Shown here: one piece after another, positions 24,151-36,538 of the stretch
How the letters are laid out: every line of letters begins with the position of its first letter
Position numbering within the stretch: position 1 is the first letter of the stretch
Assembly: GCA_951406725.2 (NCBI GenBank)
Contig: OX597815.1
Coordinates: 121,148,001-121,212,000 of the forward strand
Origin: Octopus vulgaris
Lineage: Eukaryota
DNA length: 64,000 bases
Direction: 5' to 3'
The notes under the pieces: model-generated
Told to the model about the DNA's origin: nothing
What the model saw: the letters and a program-made list of their open reading frames with translations, nothing else
Databases searched by the model: none
Program-made: the position numbers and the translations under genes

Positions 24151-24448
24151 TGGTTCATACAAGAACAAGGTGTGTATATAAGTAAGTGTATGTGTGCGTC
24201 TTTGTCTTTATGTTTCTCCTTCATCACTGCTTCACAACAGCTGTTTGTTTATTTACATCCCCATAACTTCCTGGTTTGACAAGAAGAAACTGATAGAATG
24301 AGTACCAGGTTTATCAAAATGAAAAAAAGCACTACGCAGTGTCTCATATTTTTGTTTGCCCACTCTATCAATCAATCTATCTTTGTGTGTGTGTGTGTGA
24401 ATGATACACACACACACACATACACGTATGTATATGTGCATATTCATA

Positions 24449-26003
24449 TCTATTATATAAAAGTCAATGTCTTTTTGTGTGTTTGTGTGTTACTTAAACA
24501 TTCGAAAACTACAGCACTGATCCTAATGAAATTTGGAATTTAGATTCAATGCATAAGGGCAGGTATAATGCAGTATGTTTGGTTTGAATTTGAGATGGTT
24601 AAAGGGAGCAGAACCCCAATGAAAATTCATACATTTTCGATGTTGATGAAATTTCAACCATGGGTAATTGACACACATCAAGAAGTATTCTCAAAGTTTT
24701 CACTTCTCATGAGGATTATAAGACCCCTTAATGAGGGTCTTAACTCCTAAATTTTAGTCACTTTTTATGATCTAAAACTAGATCAAAAGTACTGAATGGA
24801 TCTTTATGAAATTATATTCTATGCCTAAGGGCCATAACCCCTATGACAATTCATATATTTTTGCTGTTGATGGAATTTTAACCATAGATATTAGACACAA
24901 ATGAAGTAATATGTTTGAAAGACCCCTTCATGAAGATTTAACACCCACAATCTAGTCATTTTATCTAAGCAAAGACGAATACACTTGTACTCTTGGAAGC
25001 TGTAGGGTCACCCAAGCATAAAAGATGCGTTATTTGTAATTCAATGGTACAACAGTGTAAGAGTTTGCTTTGAGATATACTTAGATTGTGTTTTCTGCAA
25101 TGTGGTTCATAAATTATCAAGTAAATGAGAGGCATCTTTGCCTTCACTGATTCATTTGCAAAGTGTTCAGTAAAGTTATTAGGTTGCAGATCTCCTTTCA
25201 GTCTTTTTATTATCACTGCATCACACATAGTACCCCGATAGTAACATTGATTTCAAGGCCTTCCCAGATGAGTGACTGGTTATTAAAAGACATTTATAGA
25301 TTGTAAATTTATTCTCTCCAGTTACTTATCGGTATAGTGGTCATTTGCAAACTCCAGAGGTGACATTTTCATTTCCCCTTAGCCCTTACATCACACAGTT
25401 GTTAATGTTTGAGTTGTGTCACACCCTTCCAATTGCTATAGATCCGTAATGCATCTTACGACTGTGCCTGTCACCTGTATGATGAGGAATCCTACACTGG
25501 GGAGTAGTAACGACTAGGGTAGGGTGGCTGACTGCTCATTGTGATCATTCATCTTTTGGTTTCCTGTAGCTTTTCTCTCATTTACAAACCCAGTACACAT
25601 ACATATATTTCCTATTTGAAAGAAATTCGAACAATACATATAAGACCCAAGTTAAAAAGATTCTCAACAATTCAACTTCTCTGGTTGACATTAAGACACC
25701 CACCCCCAGTAGGGGCCTTAACTCCCACATTTAAAGCTCCATGACCTTCATTTTTCAGGAGCAAAATCCTTTTAACAGGTTCCATAAGACTGGAATTTTG
25801 GAATCTGCACATAAAGATCAGTAGTATGGGATACATGTGTCATGATTAGAATTTTTTAGGGTGTGTAAAGAGAGAAAGAACTCTCATCCGCAATTTTGAT
25901 GAAAATCGAATCATAGGTATTCCAGTTCATTATGGAAAATATAACAGGAAAGTCTAATTCTTCAATTGCCTGTAACACGGGCAATGCTGGGTGTCTCTGC
26001 TAG
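24449..26003 (+). mobile_element. Non-autonomous Helitron, about 1.55 kb
   Basis: A|TCTATTATATAAAAG start; CACGGGCAATGCTGGGTG hairpin plus CTAG|T end; diverged internal repeats. Confidence 0.75.
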
Positions 26004-26027
26004 TATATATATATATATATATATATA

Positions 26028-26862
26028 TCATCATCATCATCATCATCATCATCGTTTAATGTCCACCTTCAATGCCAGCATGGGTTGGACAATTTGAGTG
26101 AGGTCTCGCGAACCAGATGGCTGCACCAGACTCCAATCTGATCTGGCAGAGTTTCTACAGCTTGATGCCCTTCCTAACACCAACCACTCCAAGAGTGTAG
26201 TGGGTGCTTTTACGTGCCACTGGCACGAGGGCCAGTCAGGCAGTACTGGCAACGGCCATGCTCAAATGCTATTTTTACGTACCACCAGCACAGGAGCCAG
26301 TCCAACGGCACTGGCAATGACCTTGTTTGAATGTTTTTTCACGTGCCAGTAAGGCAACGCTGGTAACGATCATGCTCAAATGGTGCTTTTTACATGCTGC
26401 CGGCATGGAGGCCAACTTGTTACTCTGGCAACAATCATGCTCATATGGTACTCTTAGCACTCCACTAGCACAGATGCCATTCATCGAATTTGATTTCAAT
26501 TTCAATTTCACTTGCCTCAACAGGTCTTCGCAAGCAGAGTTTAGTGTCCAATGAAGGAAAGGTTTGCATAAGTGGGCTGGTTGCACCCCTGGCATAGGCC
26601 ACGAGGTTATGGTCTCACTTGGGTTTGCCGAGCCTTCTCAAGCACAGCATATTTCCAAAGGTCCTGGTCACTAGTTATTGCCTCAGTGAGGCCCAATGTT
26701 TGAAGGTCATGCTTCACCACCTCGATCTGTAGAAAAGCATAGGTAGAAAGTCTATAAGATGTACTCTGTGTAAGCTATGGACACATAAGAGGTGCAGCAA
26801 TATCATAGGAAGGCTAACTGGGAAGATAGTTTTTGTGTGTGGCAGATGCTCAGGGACAATAA
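26028..26862 (-). mobile_element. RTE family-1 copy with inverted 5' segment (26722-26862, + strand)
   Basis: 3' UTR on - strand to EVVKHD, then + strand SICRK..CTLCKLWTHKRC..VCGRC. Confidence 0.85.
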
Positions 26863-26899
26863 AATCAAGTAATTGACTGTGTATATTTCACTTTTCCTT

Positions 26900-27535
26900 G
26901 TAGACTACATATTATAGAGTGCATGTAGTGATGGGGAGCTTGCATGCTTCTATAATCCTGAGAGTTACACTGGCTGGGAATTTACTTCCAGGTTGAGGAG
27001 TTGGCCTAGGGATGGCTACTTCACTTTGTAAAAACAACTTTCAATCACTACAAAAATATTGACAAAAAAAGCAAAGTAAATCTCACAATTCAAGGTAAAA
27101 GGACCCTGCAAAAAGAGAAAGAAGCATTGCAGTTGAAGCTAAAAGGATTTTGCAAATCTGATACCCTTCCTCTCACTATGGAGCAAACTCTGCATGGTTT
27201 GTGGAACAACAAAGCCCTGCGTGAATACAGGGATCGAACAAAGAAATTGGTGTTTGATTGGCCACATTCTTTGAAGCATTACCAGTCAATCTTTCAGATG
27301 GAATCCTCATGGCAATCCTTGTGTTGGGTTCCCCAGGGCAAAAAACTTCTGGCAACATGAACTAGAGAACAAAGTAAGATATGGATGGAGTTAAAAGCAA
27401 TTAGAGAGGAAGATTCAGAACAGGAGTGTAATCATGATGAGACAGAGATGAGATCATGATGAGATAGGAATGAGGTGAGAGTGTGATAATGGGTAACCTG
27501 TGCCCCAGTAAAAGCCAAAGTCCTCCATAAGTGAC
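26900..27535 (+). mobile_element. Old internally deleted RTE-like element
   Basis: RTE-type C-terminus (KWCLIGHIL..SITSQSFRWNPHG) preceded by a 5'UTR-like GTTGGCCTAGGG..TGTAAAAAC. Confidence 0.5.
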
Positions 27536-28724
27536 ATATTTTCTTGGCACATTAGATGAGTATCATAATATTATCAATAATCATAAAATGTTAATATATT
27601 TTGTGAGTGAATAAAATCATAATAAAATATCAAACCATATGGAAAAGGGAAATTTTAATTTGAAAAAGAACCTAACCTCAAAATATTGGTTAAAAAATGC
27701 TTCTTTTTTCTTCAGCAAGACTTGGTGCACTGACTACTTTTTTTCATTACAATTTTATTCTATTAGAATACTTTTACTAACACAGGACTTCAAATGGATT
27801 TTTCTGGTCCTAAATTGCATGAAATATTTTACTTTCTCAAAAGAAATACAGATATTTTAAATATTACGTTTCCAAGAAAGATAGATGACCTGAACCTTTG
27901 GAAACATCTCTACAATAAACATTCACTTTCGTATTGTTCATTTAAAATAGGCAAACATAGCAATAATAATCTCACTTGAGAAAAACAAAATTTGAATTTT
28001 GGTCTTGAGACTTGTACAAAAGGGAAATATTTGAGTGGATAAGTTACATAACAACTAACTCATGGGTTTGATGTTCATATCTGTTGCTGGCATTTGATGT
28101 CTCTGAGCAACTTCTCATTGGTTTATGTGCTTCAATTCACATTGTTGCAAGTAATAAGTACCAGATCTTATGGGAATGTTTCTAGCTATAAACTAGCACT
28201 CTCTGGAAGGAAAGCTACTTTCATATCCTTTATATTTCAAAATCAAAAGGTAAACACTAACCTTATAAACCCCTGTGTTCCAAGAAGATATATCACATTT
28301 ATCACTTACAACAATATCCTTAATTGAACATAACAATTAAATGCTAATTGATTCCTCAATCCTCAATAGATGAATATCAAGTCTTTGAGTGAGAATTTTA
28401 CACCATGAAATATGATGCTTTATCCAGTGATACAGTTCTTGACTTGAATATTGGAATGAGTTGATTAGCAGGGAGAACTAGAGAGGGCAATCAAAATAGT
28501 GGTTTAAGTCTATATATATGCAGATGTAGGTATAGATATAATTCCTGTCAACAAATTATTCACTAGTTCTGTATTTCTGAATCTCAGTGAAATTAAAATT
28601 CATATATTTGAAGAACAGGTAAGTGTTAGTGATAGGAAAAGTATCCAGTTGTAAAACTACTGGCTCAAGTATTTTCCCTTCTAACCCCTGTTAAGCATAG
28701 GAAAATAGATGTTAAACAAACAAG

Positions 28725-28765
<41 letters not shown>

Positions 28766-29012
28766 CACATGCATGAGTGCATGTGTGTGTTTTATTAAAC
28801 TGAAATTGAGAGATAGTGTCATAGGTCAAGCCACATGCCACTGTAATCTTCAGGTAAAACAATAGCATGAAATTCAAGTTGTGAGACAAAATCTCAATTT
28901 CAATTTTGATAAGAAAAAAAACACATCTTCTACAACATGTACAGTACCCTTCTCTTATTCATTGAACATTAATCAATATATGTACATGTGTGTGTATATA
29001 TATATGTATGTT

Positions 29013-29060
<48 letters not shown>

Positions 29061-29070
29061 TATGTATATA

Positions 29071-29900
29071 CAGGGTGTGATAGGTAAATTGTCACCATTT
29101 TATATTTCTAATTTCATGCATGTGCATTGTTTGTTTTTGATTTTGTTGACTTTTGGGCACTGTCTGTGAGAAAATCCCCCCATGACACAATTCACTCTGC
29201 CAGAAATTTAGAAACATGCTGTACTGCTTAGCATTCATGCCAGAAGCTCCAATACAAAGATTTCAGAGTGTTTGGGTATCAATCTGAGGTCAGTGCAATC
29301 TGAAGACATGGACTGAGAGTGATAAAAATCAAACATCCTGTCAGCATCATGGTGTTTGGAGTGATCACTAATGATGGCAACGTTATGCCTCTATTCATCT
29401 CCCCACATGGCATCAGACTCAACATGGAAGCCTACATCAAGTGCCTGGAGAAGGTAATGCTGTCCTGAGTCAAGAGGGTGGCTGCTGGAAGATCCTATCT
29501 CTGGCAACAGGACTCTGCACCATGCCACAAAAGCAGGAGAAACCAGTCATGGCTATCACCTCTAACATCTGGTCACCTAAGTCCCCAGACTGCAACCCAC
29601 TTGATTATTATGGGTGGGGCACAGTTGAGCAAGAGACCAACAAAACCTCTTGTAAAACCAAAGATGAACTGAAGGCAAGGATTATGACAGCGTACACCTA
29701 CCTAAACAAGAAGACCATCCAGAAGAGAAGCAGGAGATTCCGAAGTCATCTGAAGGCTGTGGTTGAAGCCAATGGCAATTTTATTGAATAAGTTTACTCT
29801 TTAGTATTTCAAGATATTTTATGTAATTGTGGTAAATATATCTGTTAAGATGTGTTATTTTCATTTTTAGACAATAGTTTATTCTATTCACCGCACCCTA
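29071..29900 (+). mobile_element. Internally deleted maT/DD37D-like element
   Basis: TA|CAGGGTGTG TIR; WQQDSAPCH, WSPKSPDCNPLDYY. Confidence 0.88.
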
Positions 29901-30499
29901 TATATATGTATATATATATATATATATATACAAATATGTATACATATGCATGTGTGTATGTGTATACTAAATTGAATTTGAATCAATAAACTGATATAAT
30001 TTTTTTTTTTTTTTTTTTTCTGATTCAAAATTGATCTTTATTTCTTTCAAATTTCACATTGCAATTGAAAAATGGCAAGTTAAAATTTTACTTCATTTCT
30101 CATTCACATACTTTACTTTGAAATTACATCATATACAGAATATCTTATTTAATACCATGGAATTCTATCTAATTGTTGAGTGGTACAACTAATTGAGTGT
30201 AAGATTCTTCATATAATTCAATTGATTCACACTCACACATATTAAGAATAATCCATTACCAATGATTCACTCTCATGACTTTCACAATAAGCAATCAGTT
30301 AGCCAGCATCAAATTAATATTCTATCATTAATTTATTATATTCATGAACTTTTTTTATTTCTTTTATTTTGTATTTGTTTTGTTTCTTTTTCCTTTGTGC
30401 ATGTGATCATAAATATCACTGCAGTTATGATTATTATATACCAGCATCAGCTTGCAGGAAGTACGTGTAAGAAATTTAATGTAGTATGATAGTGAGACA

Positions 30500-30790
30500 C
30501 GAGAAAAGAAAAAGGGAAGATATACAGAAAGACACTGGGAAGAAATGAGGTGAGCAATATATGTAAAATATGTAAAGCAGTCTACAAGTAAGCAGAGAAT
30601 ATGGCTGGATATTAAAGAGACCAGCCAAAGGGTGCAGAAGAAATTAATATACTGAAATGGACATGAAATGTGGATGGGTAATGGGTGTTGGAGGAGGAAT
30701 AGAAATCTGCTTTTACAGGAGGAAATCATCTGTTAAAGAAGCGTATGGATGATGTAGACAGGAGGAGTAAAGGTGAGATCTTAGATCACT
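30500..30790 (-). mobile_element. Degenerate CR1/L2-group LINE 3' fragment
   Basis: HFSILISSAPFGW / NFFCTLW pattern similar to 47090 and 54370 relics. Confidence 0.35.
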
Positions 30791-32356
30791 GAGTGTAAAA
30801 GGCATGGTTGTGTAGTAAACAATACTGCTTTGCAACTATGTGGTTTCAGGTTCAGTCCCACTGAATGGCACCTTTGGCAAGTCTTCTGCTATACCTCCAG
30901 ATTGACCAATGTTTTGTGAGTGGATTTCATTGATAGAAACTGTATGGAAACCTTTCATACATATGTCTGTATGTATGTATTTGTAAATGTATATATATAT
31001 AACTTACTTGGAAGAGGAGATGCGTGGCATTTGATCATATAATAATATAATAATAATATATATATATATATATAAAGCTGTAGAAACACTGCCAGATCAG
31101 ACTGGGCCTGGCGCAGCCTTCTGGCTTCTCAGACCCCAGTTGAACCGTCCAACCCATGCTAGCATGGAAAATGGACGTTAAACGATGATGATGATGATGG
31201 TATGAGCAAAATGCCTCCCGTCCAATGGACAGTGCTGAGTTGTCAAACATTTAAATGAAATTTTCTCAAAACAACTTGTCTGACCATCCTATAGGCCTCC
31301 TCTTTGAGAAACACTGATTTAACCTATATTTGAGACACCAGCAAAAGAAGAAATAAAGACTTTTTTTCTATTCCAAAGGGAAACGATTTTATTCACACAA
31401 ATATGCTTTATTGATCGCATTCAGATAATTCTTCAATATTTGCCATGGTGTTGGACAAGTTTAAACATTTTCAAAAATCATTTTAATTTCATTAACTCAA
31501 TCATTACCAAATTTTTATTGAAATACACTGCCTTTGTTTCATTTGGAAAATAACAAAGAATTCAGTAAAATAACTTTATTATTATTAAGCTAATCTTTGA
31601 CACTTAAATTAGCATGACATTTTGAAGAAGGGTTTTAATCCTCACTGCACTGATTAAATTAATGACTCACAATCTGGTGATGTAACATGTAAATCATATG
31701 CAAATTAGTTCTCACAACATCTTTCTATTAGCAGTGAAAGTAAGATGTGCATGTTACATCATTTGAAATGTGGGAAAAATTCTGGAAAGTTCCCGATTAT
31801 GAAAAATGAGAAATTCAATTCCCAATTCCTGTGTCTCAAGAGCAAATGCACAGAACCAAGTATGCTCAGTTATTATGCAGTAAGGGTTAATTTAAATCAC
31901 TTTAAAACAAGAATTTTGTATAATAGAACCAAGGGTGGTCTCAAGTCGGTTGGTATCAAAAGAGTTAAACATTTTCAATCCTTACAGCTCCACAGCACCC
32001 AACCATAAAAATACTGGAATAACAGGTACTGAAGCATTATCAGCAGCAGCAGCAGCAGCATGATCATCAATATCATTATGAATTTCACATCAATATTTCC
32101 ACAAAGTGGAGACATGTGGTTTAGTAGTTAGGGTGTTGAATTCATGACTGTACGATTGTACAGTTCTATATTTAAGAGATGAGGAAGTATGTACATTATT
32201 TACATTTGACGAATATTTGTCCTCATCTTGTTTGTTGTTAACATGTTTTGGCTGATATACCCTCCAGCCTTCATCAGGTGTCTTGGGGATATTTCGAACA
32301 TGGGTTCTCATTCCTAAGGTATTTTTTGATGTTGTTGTTGTTATTATTATTATTAT

Positions 32357-32850
32357 TGAGTGAGAGAGCAGTTCATGCCATCAAAGTGACACTGGGGTAA
32401 AATATACGAAGCCCAATATACCCATCATGACTACCCGTCTGATAAAGGTACACCAGGCACATGCATCACAACCATATGTGCGCGACATGGTGATCTCATA
32501 TCAAGATAAACAGCACATGACCTTGCAGGTGGGGCCCAGTTAGAATATTCTTCAGGTTGAGTAGCCCATCCCGCTCAAACGGTCCCTGAATAAGGGTTGT
32601 TTAAGGATGTTGAAAGAACCACCCATGTTTCCAGAGGTGAACTATTCAAACCCCAAAGAATCCCTCTCAACACATGGCTATGATGCTCCCCCACTACTTC
32701 TGCTCGTGATCAGAGATGCACATATCGTCAGCCACTAAGGGACATGCTCAACTGGTTAAGGTCAAACAACTGACAAGCAAATCTGTGGTATTAAGCAGAA
32801 TATTTGCTGTAGCCCATCATTTATACCAAGACAAAACAATGTACATGATT
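32357..32850. mobile_element. Unclassified repeat within (ATT)n, possibly an R4/Dong-type UTR
   Basis: GC-richer island flanked by (ATT)n on both sides. Confidence 0.4.
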
Positions 32851-32857
32851 ATTATTA

Positions 32858-32905
<48 letters not shown>

Positions 32906-32941
32906 TCACTGCCTGAATAATAATAATGATAATGATAATAA

Positions 32942-33025
<84 letters not shown>

Positions 33026-33037
33026 TAATAATAATAA

Positions 33038-34268
33038 CAACAGCCATGCTACATTGCAGTGAAACATGGGCCGTGACTCCTGAGGACATGCATAAGCTCG
33101 CAAAGAATGAAGCCAGTATGCTCCAATGGATGTGTAATGTCAGTGTGCATACACAACAGAGTGTAAGTACCTTGAGAGAAAAGTTGGACCTAAGAAGCAT
33201 CAGATATGGTGTGCAAGAGAGACATCTGCGCTTGTATGGTCATGTGGTGAGAATGGATGTGAATAGTTGTATGAAAAAGTGCTACACCCTAGTGGTTGAG
33301 GGAACCTGTGGAAGAGGTAGACCCAGGAAGACCTGGGATGAGGTGGTGAAGCACGACCTTCAAACATTAGGCCTCATCGAGGCAATGACTAGTGACTGAG
33401 ACTTTTGGAAATATGCTGTGCTTGAGAAGACCCGGCAAGCAAAGTGAGACCATAACCTCGTAGCCTATGCCAGGGGTGTAACCAGCCCACTTATGTGTAC
33501 CTTTCCTACATTGGACACTAAACTCTGCTTGTGAAGACCTGTTGAGGCAAGTGTAATCGAGATCAAATTCGACGACTGGTATCCATGCTAGTGGAGCACT
33601 AAGAGCACCATCCGAGCATGATCGTTGCCAGAGTAGCAAACTGGCTCCCGTGCCAGAGGCACGTAAAAAGTACCATTCGAGTGTGATCATTACCAGCGTT
33701 GCCTTGCTAGCACTTGTGCTGATGGCACATGAAAAAACATTCGAGCGAGGTCGTTGCCAGTGCTGCTGGACTGGCTCCTGTGCAGGTGGCATATAAAATA
33801 CACCATTTGAGCGTGGCCATTGCCATTACCACTTGACTGACCATCGTGCTGGTGGCACGTAAAAGTACCCACTACACTCTTGGAGTGGTTGGCATTAGGA
33901 AGGGTATCAAGCTGTAGAAACTCTGCAAGTTGGCAGAAACATTAGCATGCTGGGCAAAATGCTTAGTGGTATTTTGTTTGCCATTTTGTTCTGAGTTCAA
34001 ATTCCGCCAAGGTCGACTTTGTCTTTCATCCTTTCAGGGTCGATAAATAAAGTACCAGTTATGCACTGGGGTCGATGTAATCGACTTAATCCCTTTGTCT
34101 GTCCTTGTTTATCCCCTCTATATTTAGCCCCTTGTGGGTAATAAAGAAATAAGAAACTCTGCCAGATCAGATTGGAGCCTGGTGCAGCCATCTGGTTCAC
34201 TAGTCCTCAGTCAAGTCGTCCAACCCATGCTAGCATGGAAAGCAGACGTTAAATGATGATGATGATGA
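33038..34268 (+). mobile_element. 5'-truncated RTE family 1
   Basis: TAMLHCSETWAV...GRGRPRKTWDEVVKHDL, 3' UTR and (GAT)n. Confidence 0.92.
33927..34151 (+). mobile_element. SINE family B nested in the RTE 3' UTR
   Basis: 11-bp TSD AGAAACTCTGC at 33916-33926 and 34152-34162. Confidence 0.9.
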
Positions 34269-35035
34269 ATAATGATAACATCAAAAAATACCCTAGGAAT
34301 GAGAACCCAGGATCAAAATTTCCCCAAGATACCCGATGAAAGCTGGAGGGTATATCAGCAAAACGCATTAACAACAAACAAGATGAGGACAAATATCCGT
34401 TAAGTGTAAATAATGCTTAAGATTGTAGTTTTAATTTCTGGATTGGGCAATGTATTGTGTTCTTCAGCAAAACACTTCATTTTATGTCCAGTCAGCTAGT
34501 AAAAATGCATAACCCTACGATGGACCAGCATCCTAACCAGGAAGGAATATACACACCAGAGGGACCAGAAAACTGGCCCTATACCCCTTATGGAGTAATG
34601 TGGACTAACCACTTCCACACAGGCATGGTATTAAGAAAAGCAGGAGAAAAAATAAAATTTAGCAACTTAATATATAAACTTATAATTTTTTTTTCTTTTT
34701 CAATGTTTTAACAGCCATTGTCCCATCGTTGCAGACAGATTTTTACAACCTAATGCTCTTCCCATCGCCAACCCATAACAGTTTCTAACCAAGGCCAAGG
34801 TAATATTCAAACACAAACACAACACAAATAGCTCAATGGATGGGCATGTTTTAATGTGGAGAATTGCAAAGACAAATTATACCATTTTTGTACAAAAAAG
34901 GATTTTGTGCATAAATGTCAAAACAAAGAGGCCCAAACATACATGAACGTGCACATTAACACTCACTTACATACATTTACACACAAAGACACACATATAT
35001 TATATGTATGTGTGTGTGAGTGTGTTTATATGTAT

Positions 35036-35067
<32 letters not shown>

Positions 35068-35132
35068 TTATATATGTGTATGTATGTATATATATATATA
35101 TATATATGTATGTATATTTATATATGTGTATG

Positions 35133-35201
<69 letters not shown>

Positions 35202-35216
35202 CAATAATAAATCTCT

Positions 35217-35256
<40 letters not shown>

Positions 35257-35259
<3 letters not shown>

Positions 35260-36259
35260 GGTACATCAGGTATTTGAGAACATACATCTTTTGAGTCATT
35301 GTAGCATTTTTTGCTCACTCTGTATAATCTTGGTTTCAGAAAGAAATATTGGCTGACCTTCAGCTTACTCAAGAAATGAAGAGACATGCTGTCATTGTGG
35401 TTATAAAGGCAGAGCATAGCAACTTAGAAATATCTCGATTTTTAAAATTTGCCATATAAGTCTTATATGATGAGGAAAGGTCAATTTGTCAGAAAAAGCA
35501 AAAGAAAATCACTACATCAGATGTAAAAGGCTCTTAAACAAACTGAAAAATTCAGCAGAAGATTTGATTTGGTTTTTCTCAGACGAGAAAATATTTGACC
35601 ATGATCAAAAAGTTAAGAGAAGAAATGACAGATGGTTATGTGCAGACCCTTCTGAAGTTCCAAGTGTTATGCATACAAAATTTCCTGAAACTCTTGTGTT
35701 TTAGGGGTTGTCAGCAATGAAGGACATGTGATGCCTCCTTACTTCTTTCCATAAGGCCTTAGAGTTAACTCTGCTGCCTACATTGAAGTCCTGGAAATAA
35801 TTAAGTCCTTGATAGACAGTGTATGCAATAGAAGGCCATATGTCTTCAGTAAGACTCTGCACTGTTACACATGGCTCTAGTAACACAGGAATGGATGGCT
35901 GAAAATTTTCATGATCACACAACTTCTAACATTTGGCCTCCTAATTCCCCAGATCTCAATCCATTGGACTGTCACATGTGGAGCATTGTTGAGAGTAGTC
36001 AATGAGCACACCCATAACACCAAAGATTCTTTGAAAGCTGCCATAGCCAGATTAACATCTAAAATGAACCAGGACCACTTGATTTGAGCATTTAGAAGCA
36101 CTTGTTGAAGCTGAAGGTGGCTCTATTGGATAACATTATAGAAAAGAAGGTTAATTTTTATCCTCATAGCATTTTTTGATAAATAAAGTTATTATCTGTT
36201 ATTATATATCTTGTTTTTTTATAAATATAAATCTGTCCTCAAATATCTTACTCACCCTG
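35257..36259 (+). mobile_element. Decayed maT/DD37D-like transposon
   Basis: TA|CAGGGT...ACCCTG|TA; WFFSDEKIF, WPPNSPDLNPLD. Confidence 0.9.
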
Positions 36260-36485
36260 TATATATATGTCCATTTTGCCATAGATTAGATACATGTATC
36301 ATAGAGGTATGCTTACTTGTTTTCCAAGATGCAATGTCTTATTTCACATCTTCCATGGTACAAAGCAAGCAGATGAGTCATTGACGGAAGTGACAACAAT
36401 AATCCCACCAATCTTATTGAGCATAAATGCAAACAAACACATAAACACATATGGATGCACACATACATATATCCATACATATACC

Positions 36486-36528
<43 letters not shown>

Positions 36529-36538
36529 GAATATATAT

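Larger units (their letters stand above)
32161..34417. mobile_element. Penelope-type insertion with inverted terminal repeats (32195-32335 / 34270-34415)
   Basis: Inverted arms carrying C(T/C)GATGAA.GCTGGAGGGTATATCAGC; TSD-like TACGATTGTA / TAAGATTGTA. Confidence 0.7.
32110..34620 (+). mobile_element. SINE family C split by a 2.26-kb nested insertion
   Basis: 32110-32160 joined to 34418-34620 reconstructs the intact copy at 53225-53565 (- strand). Confidence 0.8.
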
